A stretch of 64,000 nucleotides of DNA from Eledone cirrhosa. Taxonomy: Eukaryota. This document shows positions 13,245 through 26,664 of the stretch, in pieces. Every line of letters starts with the position of its first letter. The first letter of the stretch is position 1. Position numbers and translations under genes: made by a program. The notes below the pieces were generated by a model that had not been told where the DNA came from, did no database searches, and saw nothing but the letters and a program-made list of their open reading frames with translations. The stretch lies in NCBI GenBank assembly GCA_964016885.1, contig OZ024743.1:264058001-264122000 (forward strand). Reading direction: 5' to 3'.

Positions 13245-15860
13245 ATGTAGTCCCACGCGCTGGCCGCCTCACGGCCCCGGCGGACAGAATAGAGAAGGCG
13301 TTCCCCCGGAGGATGATGGCGGTATGTGCTGGAAGAGCCATTCCATCTCGCGAGGCTCACACCTGCGGTTAGCCAGATCAGCGCCAATGGTGGTGAGTAG
13401 GGAGGTAGCCCTAGGGCCAAGGACCCCAAAAGTCTCCACTGCTAGGGGCTCGACTGCAAACCTGTAGGCGAACGACTGATACTAGGAGAGTTTACCCTAC
13501 TCAGCCCGAAATGTACATTTAATGTGATTCTTGGGTAAATGCTTAGTGATATAAGGTGTGACAAGTCTGGGACTTTGTATTAAAGATACCATCCCTATTT
13601 GCCACCATCATTGGGTGTCTTGAAATGAAAATTCACTGATATTCTGCCCACAGGGAATCGAAACAGCGATCTTAAGATCTTAAGATGGTGGATGAAATGA
13701 ATAGTGATAGTGGAAAACCTATGAATCTAAGTTTTGTAGACAGAAAAAAATTAAATTTAAAAGAAACGGCAGCTATGAGAAACAGGGTCGTACCAAAACT
13801 TGAGGCGAAGAAGCTTCACTAATGAAACAACATCCCAAAAGCAGCCGCAAATGTTGTGAAAACATTGTTTGGTAGCAAACCCAGGGAAAACAGACGAGAA
13901 AAGACAGGACCTTGGTGGAAGAAGCGGTTGACTGGTCAAATAAAGGAAATAGGTAAGGACATCAGAAAACTTGAGTCTTTATTAAACGGGACATTATAAA
14001 AAATTGATACTAAAGATAGATTGACAAGAAAATATAACACAGAGGGAAAATGGCTAAATGTTATAATAGAGGAGTTAAAACAACCTGCAGTAGCCAAAAC
14101 TTCAAAATTAAAAGGCGTGAGAGCAGAGTTTGCCATTATAGGCACATCCGCATGTTTCACAACAACTAGATGTTATGTGAACAGCTTGAGGGGAAAGAAA
14201 GACGCAACGATGCTATCTCTAAGGCTAAACAGACCAAATTATTTTGGTGAGGGATATAGGAGCGGGATGTTTGGCATAACAGTCGTCCAGAGAGGATTGA
14301 GACTATTAAAAAGAGGCTAATGAATAAACCCCCAGACCCGGATGGTGTGCAAAGATATTGGTCTTAAAATATAACGGCTCTCCACCCGATGCTGACGGCC
14401 ATGTTCAATGAATGCTTGGTGTCGGTTGAATTACCGCAGTGGTTGACAAAAGATACCGCAGTTCTAATAATGAAAGACCAAGCCAAGGGAGATGATGTTA
14501 TCAACTATAGATCTATTACATGTCTGTTTTTCATGTGGAAATTGTTAACAAGAATTATGTCTGAGAGAATATGCAGCCACTTCGACATATAGCCAGAGGA
14601 ACAGAAAGGATACCGAAAGAATACCGAAAGAAGTCCTGCAATACAAAACACCAGTAACTTATTGACAAGATCATAATAGAGAACTGGGAAAAGAGGCATA
14701 TTTGTCTTTCCAGGCTGTTGATAGATTATTAGAAGGCATTCAATATGGTTCCTGATTCTTGAATAACCAAGTGTCTGGAAATCTTCAAGGTGGCGGACAA
14801 CATCAGACTGCTATTAAGTATTATCATGAAGACCTAGAAGATAACATCAGGAGGAGAATTCTTGGGAGGAGTGAAAATCAAGAGAGGTATCTTCCAAGGG
14901 AGTCTGCCGCCTTTATTGTTTGCTCTTTACCCTCATACTCTTTTCCCCCGTATTGCAAAGAGTGAAGGCTGGATACGAACTAGGAAGCAGAGAGCTTAAC
15001 ATCAGTCACCTCCTCTTCATATATAACCCAAAACTCTTCGAGAAGAATGAGAAGGAGCTGGAAGTACTTGTTAACACTGTTTGTACTTTCAGCAATGATA
15101 TATATATGGAATTTTTTGCTTTGATAAATGGGGAGTCCTAATGATAAAGAGAGGTAAATTGAAGAAACTGGGTACCAACGGGTGAGATAATGAACGGGAT
15201 CGACACAGAAAAGGGATATAGGTATTTGGGTGTTCTGGAAGCAGTTAACTCCAAGGACAATAAAATGAAGGAAATGATAAAATCTGAATGCATAGAGTAA
15301 GGAACATAGTATCAACATCTGACTAGTAGAAATGCCATAAGTGTAGTAAATTCCCGAATTGTGTCTATTATTAGGTATAGTGTGGGAATTCTTAACCGGA
15401 ATGTAAACGATAAAAAAGATCTGGATAGAAAGAGAAGGCAATTAATGACTACATACAGTATATTTCATAAGAAGGGTGAATTTGATAGACTTTACTTAAA
15501 GTTTATTTGAAAATGGAAGCACACTTATCAGCGTGGAGACTCTGTTCATATGGAGAAGAGCTGTTTACACAAAGATGTGCCTGAGAGTAAGGCTGAATTA
15601 AAGGAGGAGACAATAGATTAGGGTATGTCCGCGAAGGAAGTAAAATATCAATGAAAAGTCCTTCATCTTTTTGAAAAAACAGAATTCTGAGATCCACAGG
15701 CACGGGACTGGTTAAAGAAAAGGGACCTTAAGAAAGCTACAGTGAGAATGCTATAGGATACACAGGATCAAACCCTTAAAACGAAAAGAAATAAAAACAT
15801 CATATTGACAAGGTGGGGGTTAGCTCAGTCTGTGGAGAGAGAGAGAAAGAAACCTGTGGC
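13245..15860 (+). mobile_element. Decayed R4/Dong-like non-LTR retrotransposon
   Basis: Fragments PDPDGVQRYW, VLIMKD..NYRSITCL..MWKLLT, RGIFQG..PLLF, ISHLLF(IYN=MDD)PKLF, GYRYLGVLE, GWLKKGDLKKAT..QDQ. GC-rich putative 5' UTR. Many frameshifts. Confidence 0.75.
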
Positions 15861-15867
15861 TTACATT

Positions 15868-17455
15868 GATTCCTCAAACACTACTTCCAGTGGGTCCTGT
15901 CAGAAGCAACTGTCTTCAACTGATCCGCTTGCATCCTCAAGCGAGACCAGCCTGGCCCATGGATGTTGTCCAACCATCTTGCTCGGGATCTACCCCATGG
16001 TCTCCTGTCGGTTGGGTTTGCCCGTAAAATCTGTCCAGATATTTTTCCTGAGACATTCTAACTACTTGCCCATAATATTGGGACTGTGTCCTCTCAATGA
16101 TGGTTCTACCTGGAATGACACACTGATCTCCGAGCTATGCATTCTATCGAGTAACGTTACTCCAAAGACCCTTCGGAGGAACCGCTTTTCAGCCGCTTGT
16201 ATTCGCTATCGTATTCGTTCGGACGCTAGGTAAGGGTGGCACGAGTACCGAATTGAAAATAGCGAGTTTGGCTTTTACACCTACCTCCCTTCATCTTATT
16301 ACGGAATGCTGAAGCTGGCGCATTACTGCACTACCTTTTGCAATTCTTGCACTTAATTCAGTATCTTCCCTTCCATCAGTCGTGAAAACGGTCCCGAGAT
16401 ACTTGGATATTTCTACTTGCTTCGGCGTAACTCCAGTCACACGAAAGGTGCAATGCGCAGGCTTCTTTGAGAGGACGAATTTCGCAGTTTTTGCAGCATT
16501 GATCTTCATTCCAGCCATGCAGCACTCGGCATGAAACCTATCAAGTGCCAGTCGGAGGTCACCTTCTGTCAAGCTATGTAACACCATGTCGTCTGCAAAT
16601 TCCAGTCGACTGATTTTACACCTGCCAGTCATGATGCCACTTCCACCAGGCTGCGCCTGTCAATCCTGTTCATCTAAATAATGAATAGGAGAGGTGACAG
16701 TACACACTCTTGGTAGAGACCGACACCCACACCTAATGGTTTCAATTTTGGACAATTTATCCGAACACAACTACTCAGTCATTTGTATAGAGACGTCAGG
16801 GCAGCAAGAAGCTGACCATCGATCCCATACACCTGCAAAACCTTCAACAGAAGAAAGGGTTCATATGCATTTTCAAGGTTGACAAAACGAGAATATACCA
16901 CTTTGCAAATTTCACAATTTCTCGAAGACCTGCTGCAGTGTGAATATTTAGTCGGATGTGCTGCGTCCGGGGCGAAACCTTCACTCTTTTTCAACTGTCT
17001 TGGACTCGACAATCTCTCTGCATCTCTTTGCCAGATATTTAGCATAGATTTTATCGGGGAGTCTTAGCAAGGATATCCCACTGCAATTGGAACAATGTCT
17101 TTTGTCTCCCTTTTTTGAAAATTGAGATTATCACTCCCAATTGCCATTGCTTAGGTGCCCTTCAAGAGATTCCGGCCACCCGGCATATACGAGTCAACCA
17201 GCGAATACCTTCTCTATTTCTTGCCACACTTGAGTTCTTTAACTGCTGTTTTGACCTCAGCCTCTGATAGATTAGTCACCGCTTCCAGGTGCACCTTATG
17301 TTCATCCGAAAAGGCTTTTGTGATTGGGTTTAGTAAATCAGCAAAGTATTCTCCCGACCTCACGAGAATGCACATCTCTGATGAAAGGGTAACACCAGAC
17401 GCGTTCTTGATAGCAGGTGTCGAAGTAGGTGGATGTTCTCCCAGAACATTTGATG
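15868..17455 (-). mobile_element. Decayed RTE-clade LINE RT region
   Basis: Motifs FKKGDKRHCSNCSGISL, FVNLENAY, LEFADDMVL, GMKINAAKT, KYLGTVFT.DG..DTELSARIAKG. Confidence 0.85.
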
Positions 17456-17551
17456 ATCTGAAGTTTTATCAAATACCACAAGTTAATTTCCCCGGCGCTG
17501 TTCCGATTATAATATACACTGTCTGTCGAAGCCCTTATTTATTTATATAAT

Positions 17552-17735
17552 ATAATTGTTTCTACATTTGGAACAAGGTCAGCAATTATTCCAATGTAAT
17601 ACTGGTACCTTATTTTATCGACCTCGTAAAGATGAAAGGCAAAGTTAACCTCGGCGGGATTTGAACTCAGATCATAAAGGGCCGTAACTCTATGCTGCAA
17701 ACCATGGTCTCTCACGCTCTCCTGATACTGTCAAC
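17552..17735 (-). mobile_element. tRNA-derived SINE
   Basis: Homologous to 11581-11766 and 52655-52843. Confidence 0.88.
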
Positions 17736-17817
17736 TAAAATTAATGAAAGAAGTGAGCAAATACAAGTAATCATGCTTAAAGAAGGCACCAAATGTTTTA
17801 TTTATAAATAGGATACT

Positions 17818-18750
17818 GGCACCACCAACTGCAACACTACCACTACTACTACTACCACCACCACCAACAACACAACTACTACCACTGCCACCACCGGCAA
17901 CAGTGACACTACCACTAATACCATCACCACCAGCACCAACAGAACTACTACTACAACTAATACCATTACCACTACTACCAATAATATCATCACCAATACC
18001 CCCTCCACTACCACCACCACTACCACCAGCACCACTACCACCATCACCACTACCACGACTATCACTACCACCACCGCTACAACCAACACCACTACCACGA
18101 CAACTACTGTCACTAATATAATCACCACTACCAGCACCATTACCACCAGCACCACTACCATCATCACCACTTCCACTAACACAACCACCGGCACCTCTAA
18201 CACCATCACCACTACCACTACTACCACTACCACTAATACCATCATCCCGACCACCACCAGCACCACTACCACCATCACCACTACCACCACCACTACCACC
18301 AGCACCACTACCACTACCATCACCACCACTACCGTTACAACCAACACCCATACCACCATAACAACTACCACGACTACCACTGCCAGTAATACCATCACCA
18401 CTACCACCACCGCTACCACCAGTACCACTACACCATCACCACTACCACTAGCACCACGACCACTATCACCACTACCATGACTACCACTACCACTAATACC
18501 ATCACCACTACCACCACCACTACCACCAGCACCACTATCACCATCACCTCTACCACTACCACCACCGCTACCACTTGCACCACTACTAACACTGCTACCA
18601 CCAGCACCAATACCACCATCACCACGACCACACCACTACCACCAGCACCACTACCACCATCACCACTACCACCATTATCACCACCGCTACTACCACCACG
18701 ACTACCACCATCACCACTATCACTACTACCACTACCAATACCAGTAACCG
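17818..18750. repeat. Degenerate (ACC/ACT)n trinucleotide repeat, ~930 bp
   Basis: Direct reading; yields poly-G/V/T/P ORFs in several frames. Confidence 0.92.
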
Positions 18751-18919
18751 ACTGAAATCAATCGTAGTTCACTTTGCCATTAACTTAACCTCTGAAAATA
18801 TCGAAGTTAAAACCTTGTGTTTATGCTATGATTATAATTATAGTATAAACACAAGGTTTATAAACGCTATTGTTATATAAATAATTATTTATATGACAAT
18901 TACAGCAATTTCATTAGCA

Positions 18920-19107
18920 ATAATTGTCTCTACTTTTGGCACAAGGCCAGCAATTACTCAGTACATTACTGGTACATTATTTTATCGACCCCATGAGGAT
19001 GAAAGGCAAAGTTAACCTCGGCGGGATTTGAACTGAGTCCGTAAAGCGACGTAACTCTATGTTGGAAAGCATGGCGTCCCACACTCTTACCGATACTGCA
19101 AATCCAC
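18920..19107 (-). mobile_element. tRNA-derived SINE
   Basis: Same family; first of a head-to-tail cluster. Confidence 0.88.
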
Positions 19108-19112
19108 TAACA

Positions 19113-19296
19113 ATAATTGTTTCTACTTTAGGCACAAGGCCAGCAATTACCCAGTGAATTACTGGTACATTATTTTATCGACCCCGTAAGGATGGAAGGC
19201 AAAGTCAACCTCGGCGGGATTTGAACTCAGATCGTAAAGGGACGTAACTATGCTGGAAAGCATGGCGTCCGACCCTCTACCGATACTGCCAATCCA
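19113..19296 (-). mobile_element. tRNA-derived SINE
   Basis: Close to the reverse complement of 52660-52843. Confidence 0.9.
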
Positions 19297-19508
19297 AATA
19301 ATAATGATGAAGATTAAGATGAGGATGATAGTGATGTTGCTGAGGACAATGATGACGGTGATGACAATTATGATTTCTAGTATAGGCACAAGGCCAGTAA
19401 TTTGGAGGAGGGAAATGTCGATTAAATCGATTCCAGTGCGTTACTGGTGATGACAATTATAATGATGATGATATGAGGATAATAACAATGACGCAAATGT
19501 TGTTGATG

Positions 19509-19696
19509 ATAATTGTTTCTACTTTTGGCACAGGGCCAGCAATTAACCAGTGCATTACTGGTACTTTATTTTATCCACCCCGTAAGGATGAAAGGCAAAG
19601 TTAACTTCGGTGGGATTTGAACTCAAAATGGCAAGGGCCGTAACTCTATGCGTCAAAGCATGGCGTCCGACCCTCTACCGACACTGCCGATCCACC
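19509..19696 (-). mobile_element. tRNA-derived SINE
   Basis: Same family, embedded in (GAT/AAT)n. A 3' fragment of a longer subfamily lies at ~19372-19448. Confidence 0.88.
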
Positions 19697-20475
19697 AATA
19701 TAATAATAATGATGAATGGGATGGCGACGATGATGATGAAATTGTCTGATGTCGTTTCTGAAGTAAAGTCAGGTCATTCTTCGAGCGCTATGTGTAAAAT
19801 CACAGATTGAAGTTCAGAAAGTGAACTATGTTGAATATATCTCTTGTAGGTGGTGATAATTATGACGATGATGATGAATATGATGTTGATTATGATGTTG
19901 TTGGTGAGAATGATGGTAATCAGGAGAAAATCATAGTGAAGAGATGAATGCTGACCAGTAGTAAGACAGATTTGGAGGTTGTGAAATATGTTTAAGAGGC
20001 AGAGTAAGCCAGACATTGTAATTACGTCTGAAAGGTAACAAGTAGAGCATACAATTAGAGATTTACTTTCTGTACTCAACGACATGAATGATGTTATCTA
20101 GTAATGTCATTACCACAACGATAACATATATAATCATAAATGGAGTCAAAATTTCACAAACTTTTAAAATGTATTAAGACATTTTCTTATTGCATTGATA
20201 AGAACAGTTATATGTAGATATGAACAATCTTACTGCCTACCTATCAACTAAGTACTTATCCATTTTTAAACACTGTTTTGAAATGCACGTACCTATATCC
20301 GACATCAGTGTTCGTACTACCGGTGCCGGAAATACAAACATTGTTGTCGAATCGAGATGTCTTGTAAGTGTATGTTGTTGGTCATATGATCGTGTGAGAT
20401 GTGATTATACACACACTCAGACACACATACATACACATACTTACACATGCTTACACAGAGACACACACTCATATA

Positions 20476-20572
<97 letters not shown>

Positions 20573-21751
20573 TATATTTATATTGGTATAAACATATATA
20601 TATATTTGCATGCACACTCACAAATACACACACACATATATATATTTATATATGGATGTATGTGTATGTATAGATACATTTGTGTGTGTGCATGTATATA
20701 CATATTTGTGTGTATGCGTGTAGGTACGTAGGTGTGTGTTTGTGAGTGTGTACTAAATGTTTACAATATGGATTATAATCTTTAACACTTATAATCTTTA
20801 ACACCTACAGTTACAATTCTAACATCTCTTACTATCAGGACTCTTAATATTGATAAACATTCACATTCCCAGCTGAACCCAAATCTGGTTAAATTCTTCA
20901 CTAGCAACTGCAATACTACCGCAAAATGAGTGTTAATAGATGACCTGTTTACATCACTGCCACTAAGGTCAGTTAGGTTACCTAGACAAAAACACCCCTA
21001 TATTGAAAGTATATACAGTTATTATAGCTGGTTGTAAAAAAACAAACCTTGCAGACAGACCTGTTTGACGGACAACTGACCTCAGAAATTCAATAGACTT
21101 GGTACTGAAATGTTAAGATAGTATCTGACCAATGAGAGGAAAGTATATTTTTCGGATGCTTGAATTCACTCATTCTAATTCATATGCCACCAGTTGTTTG
21201 AGAAAACAGCACGACACCTCGGAACTACTGGCATATCAAAGGACCGAAAGAAAGGACTTAAACTTTGTTCCATCGTTATGTTTTTCTGTTTTTTTCTGTT
21301 CAACTTCTAGCTGCCTGATAACGTCATAGCTGTTGAATAATGGTTATCATATGTATTGCACCAAATATGAATAAACGAAGTTAATTTTAACCTGTTGACT
21401 TACGCTTCTTGTTTATATATATATATATACATTACAGAAGCTGAAATCAAGATAATAGCCAATAAAATTCAAAGGGCACTTAATCATGTATCGCACATAA
21501 CAATTATGTTAATAATTAGGAGCCATTATTAACAGAAACAAATCTAAATACAACAAATATTGTGAACAATGAAATGCAGTATAAAACTCTCGCTGACGAA
21601 AGCATGAAATTGTCAAAGGAATAATAGAAAACATAATCACATTTTAAAGTTTAATATAGAAATGACATTAATATACATATTCTTACAAAACAATCAGAAA
21701 TAAATAAAATATTTAATGTATTATAAAATGTGTTGAAAAACAATATATATA

Positions 21752-22030
21752 TAGTTATGTAATAAACAACATACGATAATTATTTCATTTACCAGTGGTT
21801 TCTTGAAGGCAGTTGATGTGTCTGTCTTCAGCCGTCAGAATGAATAAATAAAAAAAAAAAATGTTTTTTTTATTCATTGTGACAGCTGAAGACAGACACA
21901 TCATCTACCTTCAAGAAACCAGTGGTAAATGAAATAATTATCTTATGTTGTTTATTACATAACTAATAAACTCTGTAGCCTACATAGAGCACTCTTTTTT
22001 CCTGTACCTTTCCGACGGAAATACTTCATT
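21752..22030. mobile_element. Palindromic PLE-type mini-insertion with an HHR-like motif in each arm
   Basis: 21752-~21855 is inverted to ~21865-21965. Left arm (minus) reads TTCATT-CTGACGG-stem II-GAAA-CCACTGG-TA^AATGAA. The right arm has a ~65-nt extension. Confidence 0.7.
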
Positions 22031-22162
<132 letters not shown>

Positions 22163-22382
22163 TATTTATATATATATATATATAAATATATATACATATG
22201 GCATATGTTTTTGTCCTTGGTATGACATTAAACTGTATCCAGTGGCAACGCTCAAGTTCGGGAGTTCAGGAGCTGTGGGGAATGTGGAGTTACCACTTAG
22301 GGATAGTGGATGATGGATCAGCTATCTCTGAGACATATATATATATATATACACACACAGATAGACACAAATATATATATAT

Positions 22383-22596
22383 TTGAAGACTAAAATCCAA
22401 AGAGAGCTCGATAAGGACAAATATATATCAAATATATAAGAACCGTAGAACAAATATTTATTAAAATAACAGATTAAAGTTTAAGTAAAGAATCGCTGCT
22501 TTCATCCTTAACGGGATCTTCTGAAACAGAAGATCCCGTTAAGGGTGAAAGCATCGATTCATTGCTTAAACTTTAATCTGTTATTTTAATAAATAT
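22383..22596. mobile_element. Palindromic mini-insertion centred on a truncated HHR-like core
   Basis: 22454-22523 is inverted to 22527-22596 with spacer AAA. The arm reads CAGAAGA-TCCC-GTTAA-GGGT-GAAA-GCATC. The left arm has a ~70-nt extension. Confidence 0.6.
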
Positions 22597-23419
22597 ATAT
22601 ATATATAAATTAATAAAATAATGAATAAACAAAGAAACAGTTCCTTATATAAAACAAATTCATCATTTTACGATCGTTTCTAGGATATATATGTGTTAGA
22701 GTTGGTATGCATATTCTATAGATTTATGTACAATATTGATACAAACTATCATAGGGAATATACATACCTACATATATATGCTCTCTTCAGAAATAATGAT
22801 ATTTGTTTATTGAAAAAAACAAAGATTCAATACAATAGGTCTGTTTGGGAACAGGTTTTGAATTGACCAATAGAGAGATAGTGAGGGTCAGGATAGTAAT
22901 ATAGTAGTAGAAGAACCTTAAATTATGGGTAGAGGAAGGTAGATTTCAGTTTTGGATGGAAAAGAATATTATGAATGAAGGATTATTTTAGGGAAGAAAT
23001 AGGTCTTATGCTGACCTCAGAAATAATTTTATTTTTTCAATGAATAAAACCAACAAAGATCTAATATATTCTGTCTGTTTGGTAAGAGGTTTAGAATTAA
23101 CCAATAGAAAGTTAATAATTGGCCAAATGGTAAAATAGTAGTAATTGAAGCTTATTTTAGGGGTGAAAATAGGTCAGGTGGTCAGTAAAAGGTTGCTGTT
23201 ATAAAATAGTAATGCCAATACAAATATCTAAGGTGACTAAAGTTTTAAGATAAGAATGTTAGTGAAAAAAATACATCTATGAAAAGAATATAAATTAATT
23301 TAATTGATGGGTATATTTATATTGATAAAATTATACTAATACATATAGATATGATAAATAAGAGTTAGATGCAGTTGAAAAGTGCTGTTAAAGTTGAGGG
23401 GAAATTAAAAGAATGTAAA

Positions 23420-23450
<31 letters not shown>

Positions 23451-23479
23451 CTCATACATATATATATATATACATATAT

Positions 23480-23544
<65 letters not shown>

Positions 23545-23852
23545 CACTTATATATATACATATATATACATATATATATACACTTATATATATATACATA
23601 TATATACATATATATACACATACACACACACACATAAACACATACATATATATACATGTACATATATATACACACATATATATATATATATATACATATA
23701 TACATAGATATATACATGCATATATACATACATACACATACATATACACTTATATATACATATAATTATTGGGGGGGGGGTATTAAATTTATTAGTGAGA
23801 AATAGTAAATATATAGTGTGAGTGGCATTTAGGTGTGTAAGTTTCATTTGGT

Positions 23853-24993
23853 AGAATTTCTAACCTTTCGTCTAACCAAGATGTATTTGATAAAAATGTG
23901 ACCTTTTATAACGAAGCTCTAGCTAGAAGTGGCCACAAAAATAGATTAGTATATATACCTTCTACCAATAACACTACAAACATACCACCTAATATTACCA
24001 ACAAACACCAAATGAAACATACACACCTAAATGCCACTCACACTATACCCCAAAACACCAACATAAAACCAAATTTCTCTAACTCTTCTAATATACAGTA
24101 TAGTAACTCTCAAAAAACTACTCATCCTACAACTCTAATAAATGTTAATAATAAAACTCCTAATAAACAAGCTAAAACACCTAAATCAATAAATCTAACT
24201 AAAAATATGTGTGGTGAGGTCATTAACAATAATTCTCTTAATAAACATCAGGATGTGTCCTATAAAAACAATAAACAAAATCGAAACCGTAATAGACGAG
24301 TTACTTGGTACAATGCTACATTTAATTTACAAATTAAGGATAATATACCTAAAAAATTATTTAATATCCTAAAGAAAAACTTCCCGCCAAACCACAAATA
24401 CCATCAAATCTTAAATAGATCAACGGTTAAATTCTCCTACTCAACAACCAAAAACATAAAACAAAATATAAGTGCCTATAATGCATATAAATGTAAAAGA
24501 ACCATGAGTATACCACCAGTACATCAAACTAACCATAATATCTCCTCAGATACAGGATTCACGAAAAGTTGTAACTGTAAAAACAAGGCAAACTGTTCAT
24601 TAAAAGGAAATTGACTTGTTAATAACAGTATATAAATGTAAAGTTAACACTAAGGACTCAATTTATTCATATATAGGAGCTACCTCTAACAAATTTAAGG
24701 TAAGATTTAATACCCACAAACATAGCTTTAAAAATGCCGCACTAGCTAATACAACATCTCTAGCTGAAATAATAAATAGTTATAGAAAGAGGAATATAGA
24801 ATATGACCTGACCTGGAGTGTGCTCAAAAGGGCCACCCCTTATCAAAATAGTAGAAATGAATGTAGATTATGTTCCCAAGAACTTTTTGAAATAATGAAA
24901 TCTAAGGATATCCTATTAAATAAGCGACAGGAATTAATAATATCGTGTAATCATAAACTGAGAAAAACCTTTAAATATTATAAACCTAATTAA
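23853..24993 (+). pseudogene. PLE RT thumb, Asn-rich linker and GIY-YIG endonuclease (frameshift near 24614)
   Basis: RISNLSSN..FYNEALARSG, RRVTWYN, NFPPNHKYHQILNRSTVKFSYS, SCNCKNKANCSLKGN, VYKC..SYIGAT..FKVRFNTHKHSF, CRLC..E..LLNKRQE..CNH. Confidence 0.92.
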
Positions 24994-25560
24994 TATACAC
25001 TTTAGAAATTAATTTATAAATTATTTTTAATTTAGTTAACCTATAATTAATATTCTACTACTGATAAACTACATAATTCTGCTTTAAAAATTATAAACCT
25101 AATTAATATACACTTTTGAAATTAATATATAAACTATTTTTAATTTAGTTAACCTATAATTAATATTCTACTACTGATGAACTACATAATTTTACTTTCC
25201 TTCTTACAAATATCATTTCCTAAAACTGATACCATTAAGTAAACATATATAATGCTTTAACTTCAGGTTATGACTCTATGTTCCTTGAAAACTATATATA
25301 TTTACTATTTCTCACTAATAAATTTAATCCCCCCCCCCAATAATTATATGTATATATAAGTGTATATGTATGTGTATGTATGTATATATGCATGTATATA
25401 TCTATGTATATATGTATGTATATATATATATATATATATATGTGTGTATATATATGTACATGTATATATATGAATGTGTTTATGTGTTTGTGTGTATGTG
25501 TATATATGTGTATATATATGTATATATATGTATATATATATAAGTGTATATATATGTATA

Positions 25561-25623
<63 letters not shown>

Positions 25624-26299
25624 ATGTGTATATATATGTATATATATGTATGAGTATATATATATATATATATATTATTTTTACATTCTTTTAATTTCCC
25701 CTCAACTTTAACAGCACTTTTCAACTGCATCTAACTCTTATTTATCATATCTATATGTATTAGTATAATTTTATCAATATAAATATACCCATCAATTAAA
25801 TTAATTTATATTCTTTTCATAGATGTATTTTTTTCACTAACATTCTTATCTTAAAACTTTAGTCACCTTAGATATTTGTATTGGCATTACTATTTTATAA
25901 CAGCAACCTTTTACTGACCACCTGACCTATTTTCACCCCTAAAATAAGCTTCAATTACTACTATTTTACCATTTGGCCAATTATTAACTTTCTATTGGTT
26001 AATTCTAACCCTCTTACCAAACAGACAGAATATATTAGATCTTTGTTGGTTTTATTCATTGAAAAAATAAAATTATTTCTGAGGTCAGCATAAGACCTAT
26101 TTCTTCCCTAAAATAATCCTTCATTCATAATATTCTTTTCCATCCAAAACTGAAATCTACCTTCCTCTACCCATAATTTAAGGTTCTTCTACTACTATAT
26201 TACTATCCTGACCCTCACTATCTCTCTATTGGTCAATTCAAAACCTGTTCCCAAACAGACCTATTGTATTGAATCTTTGTTTTTTTCAATAAACAAATA

Positions 26300-26441
26300 T
26301 CATTATTTCTGAAGAGAGCATATATATGTGTAGGTATGTATATTCCCTATGATAGTTTGTATCAATATTGTACATAAATCTATAGAATATGCATACCAAC
26401 TCTAACACATATATATCCTAGAAACGATCGTAAAATGATGA
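26300..26441 (+). ncRNA. Type I hammerhead ribozyme with 105-nt stem II region
   Basis: TCATTATTT-CTGAAGA-[105 nt]-GAAA-CGATCG-TA^AAATGATGA. Antisense copy at 22660-22799. Confidence 0.8.
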
Positions 26442-26625
26442 ATTTTTTATATAAGGAACTGTTTCTTTGTTTATTCATTATTTTATTAATTTATCTTGAC
26501 TCTGTTTTCCGTTTATTTTTCACCGAAAGTAGTTTTTGAATGCATCTTCTCTTTTCATGATATCCGGATTACATTGAGTTCTTTATACGGATTGGACACT
26601 ACCGTAAACTTTTGGTAGATTTATC

Positions 26626-26664
<39 letters not shown>

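Larger units (their letters stand above)
22605..26628 (+). mobile_element. 5'-truncated young PLE with ~1.2-kb inverted pLTRs
   Basis: 22605-23816 is a near-perfect reverse complement of 25292-26494, including an internal microsatellite. 3' tail at 26495-26628. (TA)n on both sides. Confidence 0.93.

Noticed and set aside
13225-13300. HDV-like ribozyme at the 5' end of the R4/Dong-like element (TCCCACGC..CAGAAT)
   Set aside because: I could not assemble P1 and P2 helices in the required order by eye.
17731-18755. Gly-, Val-, Thr- and Pro-rich ORFs
   Set aside because: Degenerate ACC repeat open in several frames, with no splice or start context.
21590-21620. CTGACGA-AAGCAT-GAAA-TTG-TC hammerhead-like string
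   Set aside because: No stem I or stem II pairing; at best a deleted relic.
22605-26494. DNA transposon or foldback element with long TIRs
   Set aside because: The internal ORF is PLE thumb plus GIY-YIG, the arms are unequal and carry HHRs, and there is no transposase or TSD.
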